Assembly (NCBI RefSeq): GCF_037042905.1
Contig: NC_087250.1
Coordinates: 26,352,001 to 26,416,000 of the forward strand
Origin: Lytechinus pictus
Lineage: Eukaryota
Direction: 5' to 3'
DNA: 64,000 nucleotides
Below are positions 1 to 12,507 of the stretch, one piece after another. The notes beneath the pieces are model-generated. The model searched no databases, was not told the origin of the DNA, and saw only the letters and a list, made by a program, of their open reading frames with translations. Both the position numbers and the translations under genes were made by a program. The first letter of the stretch is position 1. Each line of letters begins with the position of its first letter.

Positions 1-3000
1 TCTTTCATCAATCAAAAGCTTGCTACTTGAGATTTCATAGCCAGGTAGTAAGTGTAATATAATATATAAGATTAAACATGTGGTGAATGAAATCTTAATT
101 AATTTTTGTTGAAAATATTAAGCCGATATGAGGATAAAGTAAAAGGTGTACAGACTTTCGAAAGTAAATGAGCTGATTAAAATAAGCGATATGATGTAAT
201 ACTTTTATGAATATAATAAATATGGAGCGTGCTGAGTCATTTTGAGATTGACGTCACCGGATACTACAGAATGAGAATATTCAATCGGTGTAAAGAGAAT
301 TATGGGGGAAACATATTCATTTTTGTCTGTTTTCATCATATCCATTGTGCTATGCATGCTGACTGAGCAAATATTCTATTACACAATATGAGTTTTTATC
401 TTATTTTCTGTTAACATTTATGAGAGGGACTACGTACATAAACTGCACATACAGTGTAAACAGCATGTACATGTACGCCTACGCACATCACATTTTTAGC
501 CGTTTCTTCTTCATTTGGAGGCTTGTTTTACCTGGTCGTGTCTAACCCTATGTTCATGTTGTCAGTTAACTACCATGGTAACGCTTATCAGCAGCCAATC
601 AGAATCAAGGATTCCATGCAAGTTACAATTGAATGGCAACGTTACCATAATTGTAACAGAATAGCCACAGTGTACATGTAAATGCCATAATGTGGGGTTG
701 CCTATAATCCATTCCCCTCTCCGCCCCCTGAATGAGCATATTTGACAAAACATGTCTTCAATTTCTGATACAAAACATACCGTATCTTCAATTTCTGAGG
801 CAATTAATTCAAGAGGTAATTTCTATGACACTATAGTTTATATAGATCTACCTGTAGACCTTGCCATGGTGGTCAATGCATGGACATACATGTATGCAGT
901 GCAGTATGTACAATACATTGTATACTGTATGGCACCTATGGATAATAACATTTTTTTTGTTTAATAAGATATATTTCGTAAATTTCCGTAGAACCCAAAG
1001 TAGAGGAATAAGAGCAATATATCATATGAAACTACTTGCTATTGTGGAACTTGTATCGTCCAATATCCAAGAACCACAAGACGATGAAAACTAATTTTGG
1101 GCTGAGAAATGGGTCTAAAAATGTGTAAATTTTGGTAAAATAACCCTTTAACTTTGCAAATAATGGTTTTTAAGTACTAATGTTAGGTAAAACAGACTGC
1201 CTGCCCCCAAAAACATATGAATAGACACCAAAACTAGAGAAAAAGACCAAATGAAGAAGTTGTGGCCAAAACTGTGATTTTGGGGGTTTTTGCGGCCATT
1301 TCGGATTTTGGTCCGGCACACTTTTTTCTCGGACCCGAGAAAAAATATTGTCATTTCATGTTGAGATACATTACAAGGAATATATAAGAACGGTTGCCAT
1401 ATTAAATTGACAAAAAAGTATTTTTGACCCATGTATAGCCCACTCCTACTATATAAAAAAAAATAATGAATTAGCAAATTTTGTCAGACACGTACACATT
1501 CCATGTGAAGTTTACATAAAATTTTGTTTGACCCATGTATAGCCCACTCTTACTTGAATTGTTCTGTTGTTGTTTCGTTTTAATATGTTCTCTTGTAGTT
1601 GTAGCTTTGAATTTTCCTTCTTTAAGCAAACTTTTTTTTTCAACCAAAGAATGAGAGAGCGTGTTCCCTTTTTCCAAATCATTTCATTGTGTGCTACAAA
1701 GGTTATGGTGCCTTTGAACAGTGCCATACAGATGGGAGGGGGCTCGGGGATGCTCCCCCCAAAAAAATGAAAATAAAGAAATAAATAAAAATCATGACCA
1801 AGAAAAAAATGGAAAGGAAATAAAAGGAAAAAAAATGAAAATGAACTATGATGTTATTTTCTAAATATGTCAACATCTATCACAAAATTGGATATTGTAA
1901 TACAAAAGGGGAAATCTTTGCTTGCTCCCTTCGCTCGCTCTCATCTTTTTAATACATTTTACCCGATCTGCCATATCTAGCTCCTTCAAAATTAACTCAA
2001 TACACCATTGCCATTAAAAGACATGAATCCTTTACTGTTTGTCCTGTCAAGCACATAATTAAACTTGGTAAAGGAATCAATAACCCCTTGAAAATTGATT
2101 CATGTCTTAAAAAGACACCATAACATAAATTGTTTCACACAATAAAAGGATTTTAATTATTACAAGTTATCCCACTTAATAATGCAAATCCTCTTGCTTG
2201 GGTTGGCACAAAGTCTACTTTTCTTACTCATGAAGAAAAAATCAAAGGTAAAAGAAGTTTAGATGAACAAAAATAATTCAAGTAAAAATATATATATTTG
2301 TAAATAAAATTTGACAGCATAATTCGAAAATTAGGGCAAAGATAATGAAAAGGCTAAGAGGAGGTATGTTGATTAGCAAGAAGTGTGATCACCCTATTAC
2401 TCATATTCTGCCATTTTGGCACAAGCCCGACAAAAACGTCCCTTGTTCGCTCAAGCATGAACACAATTTATTTTTAATGGCATTTTAACGAATAAGATTT
2501 CAGAGCATCCATAAACATCAAAATATAGATATCATAATTTGAAACATTTTTTTTTATAGACGCAAAACTGTCCCGTTTTTATACGCCATCTTTTGAGGTA
2601 GAATGGAAGAGCATACGAAGGGGATTTCCCCATTAGATGATAGCCGACTTCAGATCACTGCCAAATTATGGAGGTCAACAATACTGGGGCTTCTAATAAA
2701 GAAACAAATCACTTTTCAATGGGTGATTTGATAAGCCAGGTGAGTTGCTCAGTATGTCTATGCATATATTATGTTTTGTTAGATATACTTGAAGCACCCT
2801 TCCCCGTGAAAGCAGAGACAGCATCTATACCATATTTAGGAACCTTCAGACATTCACAAGCTCAGCTTTTTATGCATGTTATTTTACATATTTCACTTTC
2901 ATTTATTGCCATTGTCATTATCTTCTGTATTCTGTACATAATCAAGTGTATTTCTTGTATTGTGTCATTATGTTTTGATCAAATAGGTCCATGGTTTTGA

Positions 3001-3384
3001 TATATCATTTTGTTGAAGCGTTGAACATAATTTTAATATGACAGTGGTGTAGGTCTTTTAATACATTGAAATAACAATATGGTCACTTTTAAAAGTAAGA
3101 AGCGTTTGGATCATTCTCTTCCTCTTTCTCTCTCTCTCACTATTTTTCTCTCCCTTTCATGTTTCTATCTCTTAAATTCAATCGTTCTTGGCAAGTCTAC
3201 CCATTATGTTTCCTTTCATTTAATTTCGCAGCCAGTTCTATCTACGTAGTTCAAATTCACCCTTTCTTCAATTTTGTTATGAATTACTATGAGTAACATG
3301 GTTTGTGATATATCTAACTTTGTAATGTAATGTTATTTTGTTTCCTAAGAAAGCAAAATGCCAATACAAGCTCAATTACAAATT

Positions 3385-3715
3385 CACCCCCTCACCTCCC
3401 CCATCTCTCTCTATCAGTCCTTGTCTCTCGGTAGTTCTTTAGATCTTCTCCCTCTACGCATCTCTTTCTCACTCCTTCGCTTCTCTTTTCCTCTCTTTCC
3501 CAGTATTTATTTGCATTGTCTCTCCATGTTTGTCTATCCCCTTCTCTCTCTTCCCCCCTCTCCCTCTATCATGTCTATCATGGTTTATATCCCTCTCCTT
3601 TCCCTCTCTTTATCCATATACAATGTTCATCTTTCTTTATTTATCTCTCTCTTTCTCCGTCTTTATTCTACTTGTCTCTTTCTCTAACTCCCCACTACTT
3701 TCCCCACCCCCTTCG
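3385..3715. repeat. CT-rich low-complexity tract
   Basis: Degenerate (CT)n. Confidence 0.75.
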
Positions 3716-4785
3716 TCTGTCAACATCGTTCTATATATCATGTTCAACCATTACTTCTTGTCCTACATAATTATGTAGATGAAAAATGAACTGCATATAA
3801 CGCCTTTTGTTGTTTTACATTTAATTTAATTCATTTACGCTGACCAAATTACTTGATTATAAAATTACATAAATTACGTGATTATTTTGTCCATTAAAAT
3901 CACCCTCCTCATCACCATGACGATGACCTCAAAATAAACCCTGCAAAGATTTCGATCAAATAGATTGGCAATCCTTTCTCGAAATGTACTAAATTACCAT
4001 AACCCATAGTCATGATGGTAGAGATAATGACTTTCTATTTCCACATGACTATTTTCTGCTCTCAAGTAGGTGAGAATAATTTTGTCTTGATTAAAGTCCA
4101 TAGATCAATAAAACATGGCTTTTATCATATTCAACATTGTTAGTATGTACTTCATAACAAAGCATAATGAAAACATATTATATTTCAAGGTATTACTTAA
4201 CTTTGTGAGCAGTCGATTAAAAAAATTATCAAACCAAGATAAAACATGTGTGCAAGTACATGTATTAGAACAAAAAATAAAAACCATGAAAACAACCATT
4301 ATTGAGAATGAAAAGCTAAAAATTCAAGGCAAACCCCGATTTTGTAATTAGGCGTCTTAAAGACACTTAAAAGAACACACAATTGTATGGGATGAAATTA
4401 AGATGGTGTTTCCGGTCACTTTATTTTTCACTTTTTGAAGCACTAAATAATGATTTTCGGACGCGATTTTTTCTGGGTTTCATTTTTTAAACATATCACA
4501 GATACAAGTGACAAGTGTGACCTTCTAGCTCATATTTTTTTAAAGTCAATTCAATGTTAGCCAATCACTTTAACACAAAACGTATACTTTCTACTCATCT
4601 TGCAATGTACACTTAAAAATAATTGATCATGATATCATTATAAATCATCACATTATATCATTAATGTGTATTAATTTTCCTTATTTTATGAAGTGATTTG
4701 TAATCAGCTGTATAAGATCAAACGATAATATTTAGCAAATCAAACAAAGCTGGAATTGTCGAGCATTTCATCGGACAGTAACTAT

Positions 4786-4899
4786 CAGTGGCGGACCGTG
4801 ACTCGAAGGAGATAAATGATTGGAGGGTCACTGTATTCTTTGTGAACAATGCTGTGCCCCTCCAATGCTTTGTCTCCTCCGGGTCATGGTCCGCCACTG
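4786..4899. mobile_element. 114-bp hairpin hAT-type MITE
   Basis: CAGTGGCGGACC / GGTCCGCCACTG, nearly fully self-complementary; flanks GTAACTAT / GTTACCAT (6 of 8 match). Confidence 0.78.
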
Positions 4900-6840
4900 G
4901 TTACCATAGTAACAACGCTTCTCAGCCAATCAAAATCAAGGAAAGTTGTTAGATCTGAAAAATTATCGAGATAAATTTATATATTAAAACCCTCTCCCGC
5001 TTTCTCTTTGGGAACGAATATTTAATAGCGATTGAATTGATATTTTAAATAAAACATAAACCCTTTATAGCTAAACTCAATCTGTACAAAGTTGATTATT
5101 GTAAGAATAAATTCGGAGGATTTTTTTAAATATAAATGTCACATTTCTACATTAACACAACATATCTTAGACAATACCGACTTATAAACAACGTATTAGA
5201 GCAACATTTACAAACTAAACGCAGTATTTAATGAAAATGAAATAAGGAATTCAAATGAATTGAACGTAGTACAGCCTACTGTAACGGAATAATAATACAG
5301 GTATTAGTCTGGAGGACAGGCTAGAGAAAAGTTAGTAATGGCGTAAATACTCATATCTGAATGACACGCGCCTTAAAACCCAAGTTAACAACAACAACAA
5401 CAGGGCCACGGTGAACAACAGACCTGTTAGTCGGAATCGGACGTCAAGTGTACATTTATAAATAAAAGGTGGAATACCATTTGACATGGCGTGGTTTGTT
5501 TTCTAGAAGTTCATGAGTTTCTGAAAGGAGCTCAGGGGCCTGTTGCATGACGAGATGAGCGATACTTAGGAACGTCCTAAGACCATTCTTCCGAGATAGG
5601 AAGATTGGCGACAAATCAGCGCTTTCCGTTTCACGAAGGAAATGTTGTCTTTCAAGTCCGTACCGTGACATCATTTGATATCGATAGTATCGGAAAGATA
5701 TTTAGTCTTCATCGTCACCTGAACCTTTTATTTCTGAATAACGACTTTTCATATAAAACTGATATATGTCAATAAAAGGAGATCACATAATGTTTTATTT
5801 ATTACTGATTGTAGAATTGATGTATGGAGCTTACTTTATGAGGTAAAAAGAGAAAAAAAATTAAAAGATTCACAAACGAACTTTATAAAATCGATATTTT
5901 CATTATTTCCCTTATTTAGAACACGGTGTCCTTTTAGAGACACCTTTCATTGATATTTCAACGAAAGAGACCCTTGTCCGACATAAAAATGATTTAACTA
6001 AGTAATTTCGACATTGTATTAGTTTAATATTCTGAATTTTTATAGTATTTATAATGATAATTTGGCAAATTATGTGTTAAATGTTATTTACTGAGGTAAA
6101 ACTAGGGTTTGAATGGAGTAAACAAAATCAACAGTGTCTGATTGTATGAGACTAAAAAGGAAAATATGAGAGGCTGCGTGTGAAAAATCTATTTTTTTAT
6201 TTTTATTTGTCAGATAGAACGCCATAAATACAAATGTGAGTGGTTAGAGTATAACCATACCTCAGTTATATGATGAGTAACCGAAGAAAATGAAAATATG
6301 AAAATTGCTGCAAACATGTCCAAGTGGATAAAGTAATGCTTTGCAATAATAATTAAAACATAGAAAAATGTGTGAATCATCTACAATGGAAAAAAATATT
6401 CACGGAAATAATGCTAAAAATGACAACGATCATAAACTTTGGTCATATTTAAAGTTGATTACTTTATGGTAGTTGCAAAAGGGGCTAGGTCTACTCCAAG
6501 AATGATACCCTACCATGATAACATAAAATTGGGTATAAAAGAATTTTTAAAGATATTCTTTTCCGAAAAAAATATGTGTGGACCTAACCCCGTTTGCAAC
6601 TAAACTGAAATGGATGTAAACCCTTTTGAAAAAAGAAAACATTTTATTTTTTTTTTAAATTATAATTTTTTTTCTTTGCACTTTTAGTTCACTTTTTAAT
6701 AGGAATTTTATCTTTTCTTTGGTATCATCTTATAGAGCTACTAAAAATCTAAACTTTGAGATATAAAAATCAAATTTGATGAAAAATGGACCAAACCCCT
6801 TTTGCAAGTGAGCTCTTCAGTTGTAGTATTTTTTTATTCA

Positions 6841-7049
6841 TCAGAGCGGGGGTCGTGGGTTCGATCCTCCATGTCATCGGCCGAGTCATACCAAAGACTT
6901 CTAAAAGTTGAACCCTCTGCCTTCTTTCTAGGCGCTCAGCATTTAGATTGGAGAAGGGTAATAATAACATGTTATGTAATGCAGGGCTCCCTGGTAGAGC
7001 AGTGTCCTAACTGAAGTGCCTACCCTGGGTAAATAAAACGTTATTATTA
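6841..7049 (+). mobile_element. tRNA-derived SINE, 5' eroded; its tail also occurs at about 8641-8700
   Basis: B-box-like GGTTCGATCC, CCGAGTCATACCAAAGAC core, tail CTGAAGTG(C/G)CTACCCTGGGTAAATA..(TTA)n. Confidence 0.7.
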
Positions 7050-10000
7050 TCGTTTATGGAAATAGGAATTTGATGACGACGAAGATTCGGCCGTTGTTGA
7101 GGAATAAATGGAAGAGCTCATCTGCAAAACAAATCATTTGGATTTCAAAAATGATAGACATCAGTCAAATGGTATGGAGGAGACTAATTATCAAGTAATA
7201 ACTACGTCACACTTTCAACAGACGGCAATGGATTCTAAACTTGACAGTAAAAATCAGTGGATCAGTAAAACGGCAACATAATTATTGTACACAAAAATGA
7301 AAAAAAAATTATATTTTAAAGAAAATTATTTCAACCCGTTGCATACTGGAACTGTACAAATCTGTTCAAAACCTATATTAATAATAATAATTCAGTATTA
7401 AGAGGTTAAGTATTTATTTCATTGTCCTTTGAGAAATGAAAAGTATGCTCTTCAACAGTTCAATAACCTCTTCTCGATTACTTTGAAATTTCTTCTCTTC
7501 CTTTTCTGCCTCTTATTTGTTCTTGTTACTACCCCGAAATATTTTCCTCGTGTTGCCTTTCCTAAAATTTCTCATTCTTCTGCTCTTTTTTGATTATTTT
7601 CCATCCTCATATGAATTAATTCATATTTTACCACATGGCCCCCAAGGCTTTTGCGACGGACAGCAAATAGACGCTTCTGATTGGTTACTGGTTAGTATTT
7701 TGAACCAAATGCACGTGTTTAAATGATCTTGAATGGTTTAGTTCTTTTAGCGATTTATTGCAAACCTTTGTACGCTTCTACGAAGTCAAATATGTCATTA
7801 AGCTCATTATACTTCTCATAGCACAACTTTCTTTTATTTTTTTTTCAAGTTTTGTACAATCTTTTCGTGTCCGCTTCTACCACGATAGTGAATTTAATCA
7901 CTGATATTGTCGTGATTATGTAAGGTTAGGTATCTGAATCTGAATAGTTGGGTCAGCAAAATGTCTTGGGAGACACATCCACGCTAACTTAGTGAAGCGA
8001 GTAGCGCAACGTGTGTGGAATTACTTTTATTGAAGTTGTTTCAGTTTTAATTTTCAAATGACTCCAGAGAGGGGCAATTTTCATGAATGAAAATCGATTA
8101 GGTACTTTTCCTTAACCTGTGATTGGTTGTGCTGAGGAGTATTATAATAAACATGAAGATAAGGACGATAATAATAATAATGATAACAATGATAATGTTG
8201 AAAATGAATATCTGATGCTAGCTGGTGAAGGAATACTAAAAATAACAACGTTGATAATGATATTATATGCCAACATGGCCAACGTAGGACGTCAATACCA
8301 TATGGAGGAACTTTGAAAGGTCACATACTATAATAATTACAATCCATGTAATCCTGATGTTTGCATTTTTCATGAATGAAATCAATTTCAGTCCTTGGCG
8401 TTGAGCTTGATAAATCATGTTTTAAATGTAATCCACTCTATTGTGGGAGATGCCATGATTTGGACAAGAAATTACGGATCTGGGGACTTTTTTTTTTTTA
8501 ATATGCATAACATGCATGATATGTATTCTTATTTTTTATGATATGCGTAATATGCATGATATGTATTTTCTTTATTCAGAAAAAAATAAATAAAAACTAA
8601 ATTTTCCAATATGTTTCTTCCTCTATTAATGTTGATAAAGGAGAACAGTTCTCGGAACTGAAGTGGCTACCCTGGGTAAATATACCGTTATTATTATTAT
8701 CTTCACGGGGAATCGTTGCGCAGCCTTTTCACAAAGCCATTCGATAGACAACAGTTGGATATCTACAAGCAAGGCTGAACAAAAAACAATATTTACCCCA
8801 AAAACGAAACAAAAAATCCTGTACGATATTAGATTGCCCCAACAGTAAAGTAAAGTAAGACATCGCTGCACCACATCTGCAATTTATGTGCAACGTTCTA
8901 CAGATGAGCGCATGTCACGTGACAATGCACTTCTTACCTCGTAAACTGTACGCCTGTGCTGTGTTGAAGCATAATCGTACTTGACTGATGATACTTGCGG
9001 ATCACGTGACGAACGTCCACGGCGGATAAGTGTGTGCGCGCGTGTGTGTGTGTGTGCAGCTTGTATGAATTTATGGTGAGCTCAACGCAATGCATTTAAT
9101 GGACGTTCGCAATGCAATATATGTGCGCCATGGATGATGGCACCGCTGTCTTCTAACGTAACCGAATCCAACCTCATAACGCAAGCCATCGTCCATCCCT
9201 GATCGGGTAAGCATTATAAAATTTATTTTGAATAAAGAGAAAGAGTGTAGCTGTCTTCTGTTTGCCTGTTCGTACTTTAATAACCTGCGTGGCTTTTTGG
9301 TCGGTACATAGTGCATAGCCGTCTGCATTATAGCTAGTCGTTATGAGCTACAAGATCAGTGCACCGTATCACAAGGGGTTACAATAAATGAACATAAGAC
9401 ATTCATTGCCTTCTGAGCTCCGCCTTACAAGAAATAGCAATTGATCCGATCAACAACTATGGAAAGCCAGCAATGTTAACATACAAAATGCAGTTTTATT
9501 CAAAATGTTTCCTGAATATGATGTTCTACAGGCGTAATGAGAAAAAAAAGCTAGCGGCCCAGATTTGTCTTATCCGGTAGAATTTATTAAATGTAGCGAG
9601 CGAGAAAATGAATCCACAATTTTATTTTAATTGATATGATTTTAATTTATCTTTAACAGGCCTATATAACCCCACATCGCATCATGCATTGGCTGTTCTC
9701 GGATTGAAAGGGAAATTCGCCCGGAAGAAAAGTTCGTTTTAGAAAAAAAAAAATGATTACAAATAATAGTGAAGGTTGGGGGAAAATTATTTAACCTTGG
9801 AAATTCCAAAGTTTGAATTTGTGACGTCATAAACGAGCAGGAGCCCCATATGCTATGTTATATGAAATAAATAATTTCAATTAAATGGTAATAATGAATT
9901 ATGTTTTTGGTTTTCTTCTTAGGAACGGTCTAAAATGAGTTGTTTGTTGATATTCTAAGGGTACAGTAAAAGTATTTGTTCAATTTTCTGAGAAAATGGC

Positions 10001-10575
10001 ATTTAATTTATGTGTTGGCCATACGATGTGTAGCCGGGCAGCTCGCATATGACGTCACAAATCATATAATTGAAATTCTAATAACTATTTACTCTTTGAT
10101 GGATTTTTCTCTAACCTTCAGTAACCTTTTTTTTATCATTATTAATCTTGTGTTAGTTTTTACAATACTTCGTGATGAATTTTAATAAAATGGTGAAAAA
10201 AACATTCTTATTTTGTACCATTACTTTATTTTAAACATCTTATTAAGGGTTATAAAAAAGTTTTCTAGTAGGATTGACTAAAATAAAAAAAAACTTTTAA
10301 ACCTGCAAACGGAGGTCTCGACATAAAATCCCCCTCAAAGAAAAATATAATAAAAAATCAGCAAACATGCAAAACAAAAATGTTTATTGATCGTAACTAT
10401 TCTCAATTTAATATCATTGCAAGTCTGTCCTAACGCGCCGCATATCATACAGAGAGGGAGAAAGAGAGGGGGTGGGGGGGGGGGACTTATTGGTCAACTC
10501 AATATGAAACTTTTTTCAAAGTTCCATTCTATTTCTTTTTTAACACGTAGGATATCAGCAGGAATGCTAACTAAA

Positions 10576-12507
10576 ATGGCCACCAACGACAAAGACGTCC
10601 GACTTCAGGTACCTTTTTGTCCACTCTGTCTCGAAAGTTTCAACAAGGCAACCCTCCTCAACTGTGGCCATACATTCTGCATGAACTGCTTGGAGGTGTA
10701 CGATGACAAGAATCGCCATCTTGACCACATGGTATGTCCTGTATGCAAGGAGTGTACTAATCTTGGGGCCGAGCGGGTTGCAGAACTCGCTCCTAACTAC
10801 CTGGCCAGGAATCTGGAGGAAGATTTGCACTTGTTGACAGAGACTCTCTCGCCGAACGTTTGCTTAGAACACGGTAGGATTTTCAGGGATATCTTCTGTG
10901 AAGATTGTCAGGAATTTGTTTGCCTCTATTGCTTCATGGACTGCCATCAGGGACAAGCCATCAACAAGAAAGAGGAGTTAGATAGAGAATTTGAAGACAG
11001 GGAAAGGGCTCTTGTTCGTCAAAGCGATACCAGGAAGTCCCAGATGGAAAAGGCCATCAATAGTACTGAGCAACACAACAACAAAATATCTTCTCATCTG
11101 AACGCTTTGGAATCACAGATTAGGGACCAGTTTGAACAAAAGAGAGCCATACTCCTGAAGAATGAAACATTGCTCTTGGAAACTGTAAATGAACATAGAT
11201 CAGCATTAAACAAGGCATGTGATTACTGGGTTGATCACAACAAGCGGCTAATAGACAAGATAAACAGCTCGTTGTCGGTGATACGACGTAAAGCGACTCG
11301 CTTTGTTGATTTAACCACCCTTGAAGCCCATAACCTACTTTGTGGTAACCTAGAGAACCTACTAGCAGAAAGTGTTGAAGGAACATATTCGAGTGATGTT
11401 GGTCAAGAGATCAGGAGAATACATTTTTGTCCAGCAGATGACAAACTTCTCGAGCTTGGTCATCTGGTTTTCAGGGAAGTCAGTTACTCAGCTAGTAAGG
11501 TCCACGCTGAAAATCAGTGTAGTGAAGAAAACGATAGTACCTCCTCAAAAGAATGTAATCAAGAAGATGAAAGTAGCACCTCAACTGTTATTGAAGCTGA
11601 AGCTCCTGCAGAATGTAGCATCGAAAGTCGCGGCAATGCCATCGCTAACGGGGAATCAAGTGATGCCCAAGCGGTTGTACTGCCCTTACCAGCCCAGATA
11701 ATGAGAACCTACACACTGAGTATTGCAAGAAAGATAGATTTAGCAGGGTACATGCGAGGCATTGCTGCCCTTTCCCCTGATTCTGTCGTGGTCTGTTATG
11801 GATTGAACCGAAACGGTGCAGATCGTTTTTCGGTGTCTGGAGAAAAGAAACAATATTTGAAGGGTAAAGTCGGGCAGGTCTGGGATATTGCCTTCTTAGG
11901 CGATGGGAGGTCCGTCGTTTCGCATGGTGCTCAAGCTTGTAAGGTGTACGACGTCAACAATACATTCACCGGTCTTCAATATACCCGCAAGGAAGGCAAT
12001 AACTACTTCAGCTTATGCAGTGACCGCAACGGGAAGATCTACGCAGTCAATAACAATCCGGAGATCTACATCTTCGAAGGCACAACTGCTAACCCTCAGC
12101 AAATCGTGTCGACGGGGAACATTAAGCCAGAACACATCTGTATCACCAGATCAGGGTGGATGATCACTACCACGTGTTGCATCACACCAAGTCGGATCAA
12201 CCTCTACGATAGGCAAGGCCATGTTGGTATCTCGCTTACTGCAAGTGATAACCATGAATATCTGTATGCTGCAGTGGATAGCGAGGAGAGGGTACTGGTG
12301 GCGAGAGTTCGTGAGAGATCGACCGCGTTCAAGCTGGCGCTGTACAGAATCCAAGAAACAAGACTCGTAGAGGAAAAGGCGTTTGCTCCAATCAAACTCC
12401 CGCGACAAATCAAATGCAAATGGTGTTACATGGTAAGTCTCACACCAAACATGCTCGCGTTTGCCACGTTGGATCATCACTTGTATTTTATTGAGCTTCT
12501 GATGTAG
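10576..12507 (+). CDS. TRIM-family (RBCC) putative E3 ubiquitin ligase: RING, B-box2, coiled coil, Ser/Glu-rich linker, NHL-like beta-propeller; single coding exon, about 643 aa
   Basis: C3HC4 RING (CPLC..CGHTFCMNC..CPVC), B-box (CLEH..FCEDCQEFVCLYCFMDCH), helical coiled-coil region, C-terminal beta-rich repeats. The ORF track starts at TTG 10387, but a pyrimidine tract plus AG acceptor ends at 10550 and in-frame ATGs lie at 10564 and 10576 (AAAATGG). Confidence 0.9.
   Translation: MATNDKDVRLQVPFCPLCLESFNKATLLNCGHTFCMNCLEVYDDKNRHLDHMVCPVCKECTNLGAERVAELAPNYLARNLEEDLHLLTETLSPNVCLEHGRIFRDIFCEDCQEFVCLYCFMDCHQGQAINKKEELDREFEDRERALVRQSDTRKSQMEKAINSTEQHNNKISSHLNALESQIRDQFEQKRAILLKNETLLLETVNEHRSALNKACDYWVDHNKRLIDKINSSLSVIRRKATRFVDLTTLEAHNLLCGNLENLLAESVEGTYSSDVGQEIRRIHFCPADDKLLELGHLVFREVSYSASKVHAENQCSEENDSTSSKECNQEDESSTSTVIEAEAPAECSIESRGNAIANGESSDAQAVVLPLPAQIMRTYTLSIARKIDLAGYMRGIAALSPDSVVVCYGLNRNGADRFSVSGEKKQYLKGKVGQVWDIAFLGDGRSVVSHGAQACKVYDVNNTFTGLQYTRKEGNNYFSLCSDRNGKIYAVNNNPEIYIFEGTTANPQQIVSTGNIKPEHICITRSGWMITTTCCITPSRINLYDRQGHVGISLTASDNHEYLYAAVDSEERVLVARVRERSTAFKLALYRIQETRLVEEKAFAPIKLPRQIKCKWCYMVSLTPNMLAFATLDHHLYFIELLM

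Noticed and set aside
6470..7130. Inverted TTGCAA / GAAGAGCTC motifs suggesting transposon ends
   Set aside because: Could not pair them into one element with a TSD.
10387..10550. N-terminal extension of the 706-aa ORF
   Set aside because: Starts at TTG, runs through a poly-G tract and ends at a good splice acceptor; most likely intron.
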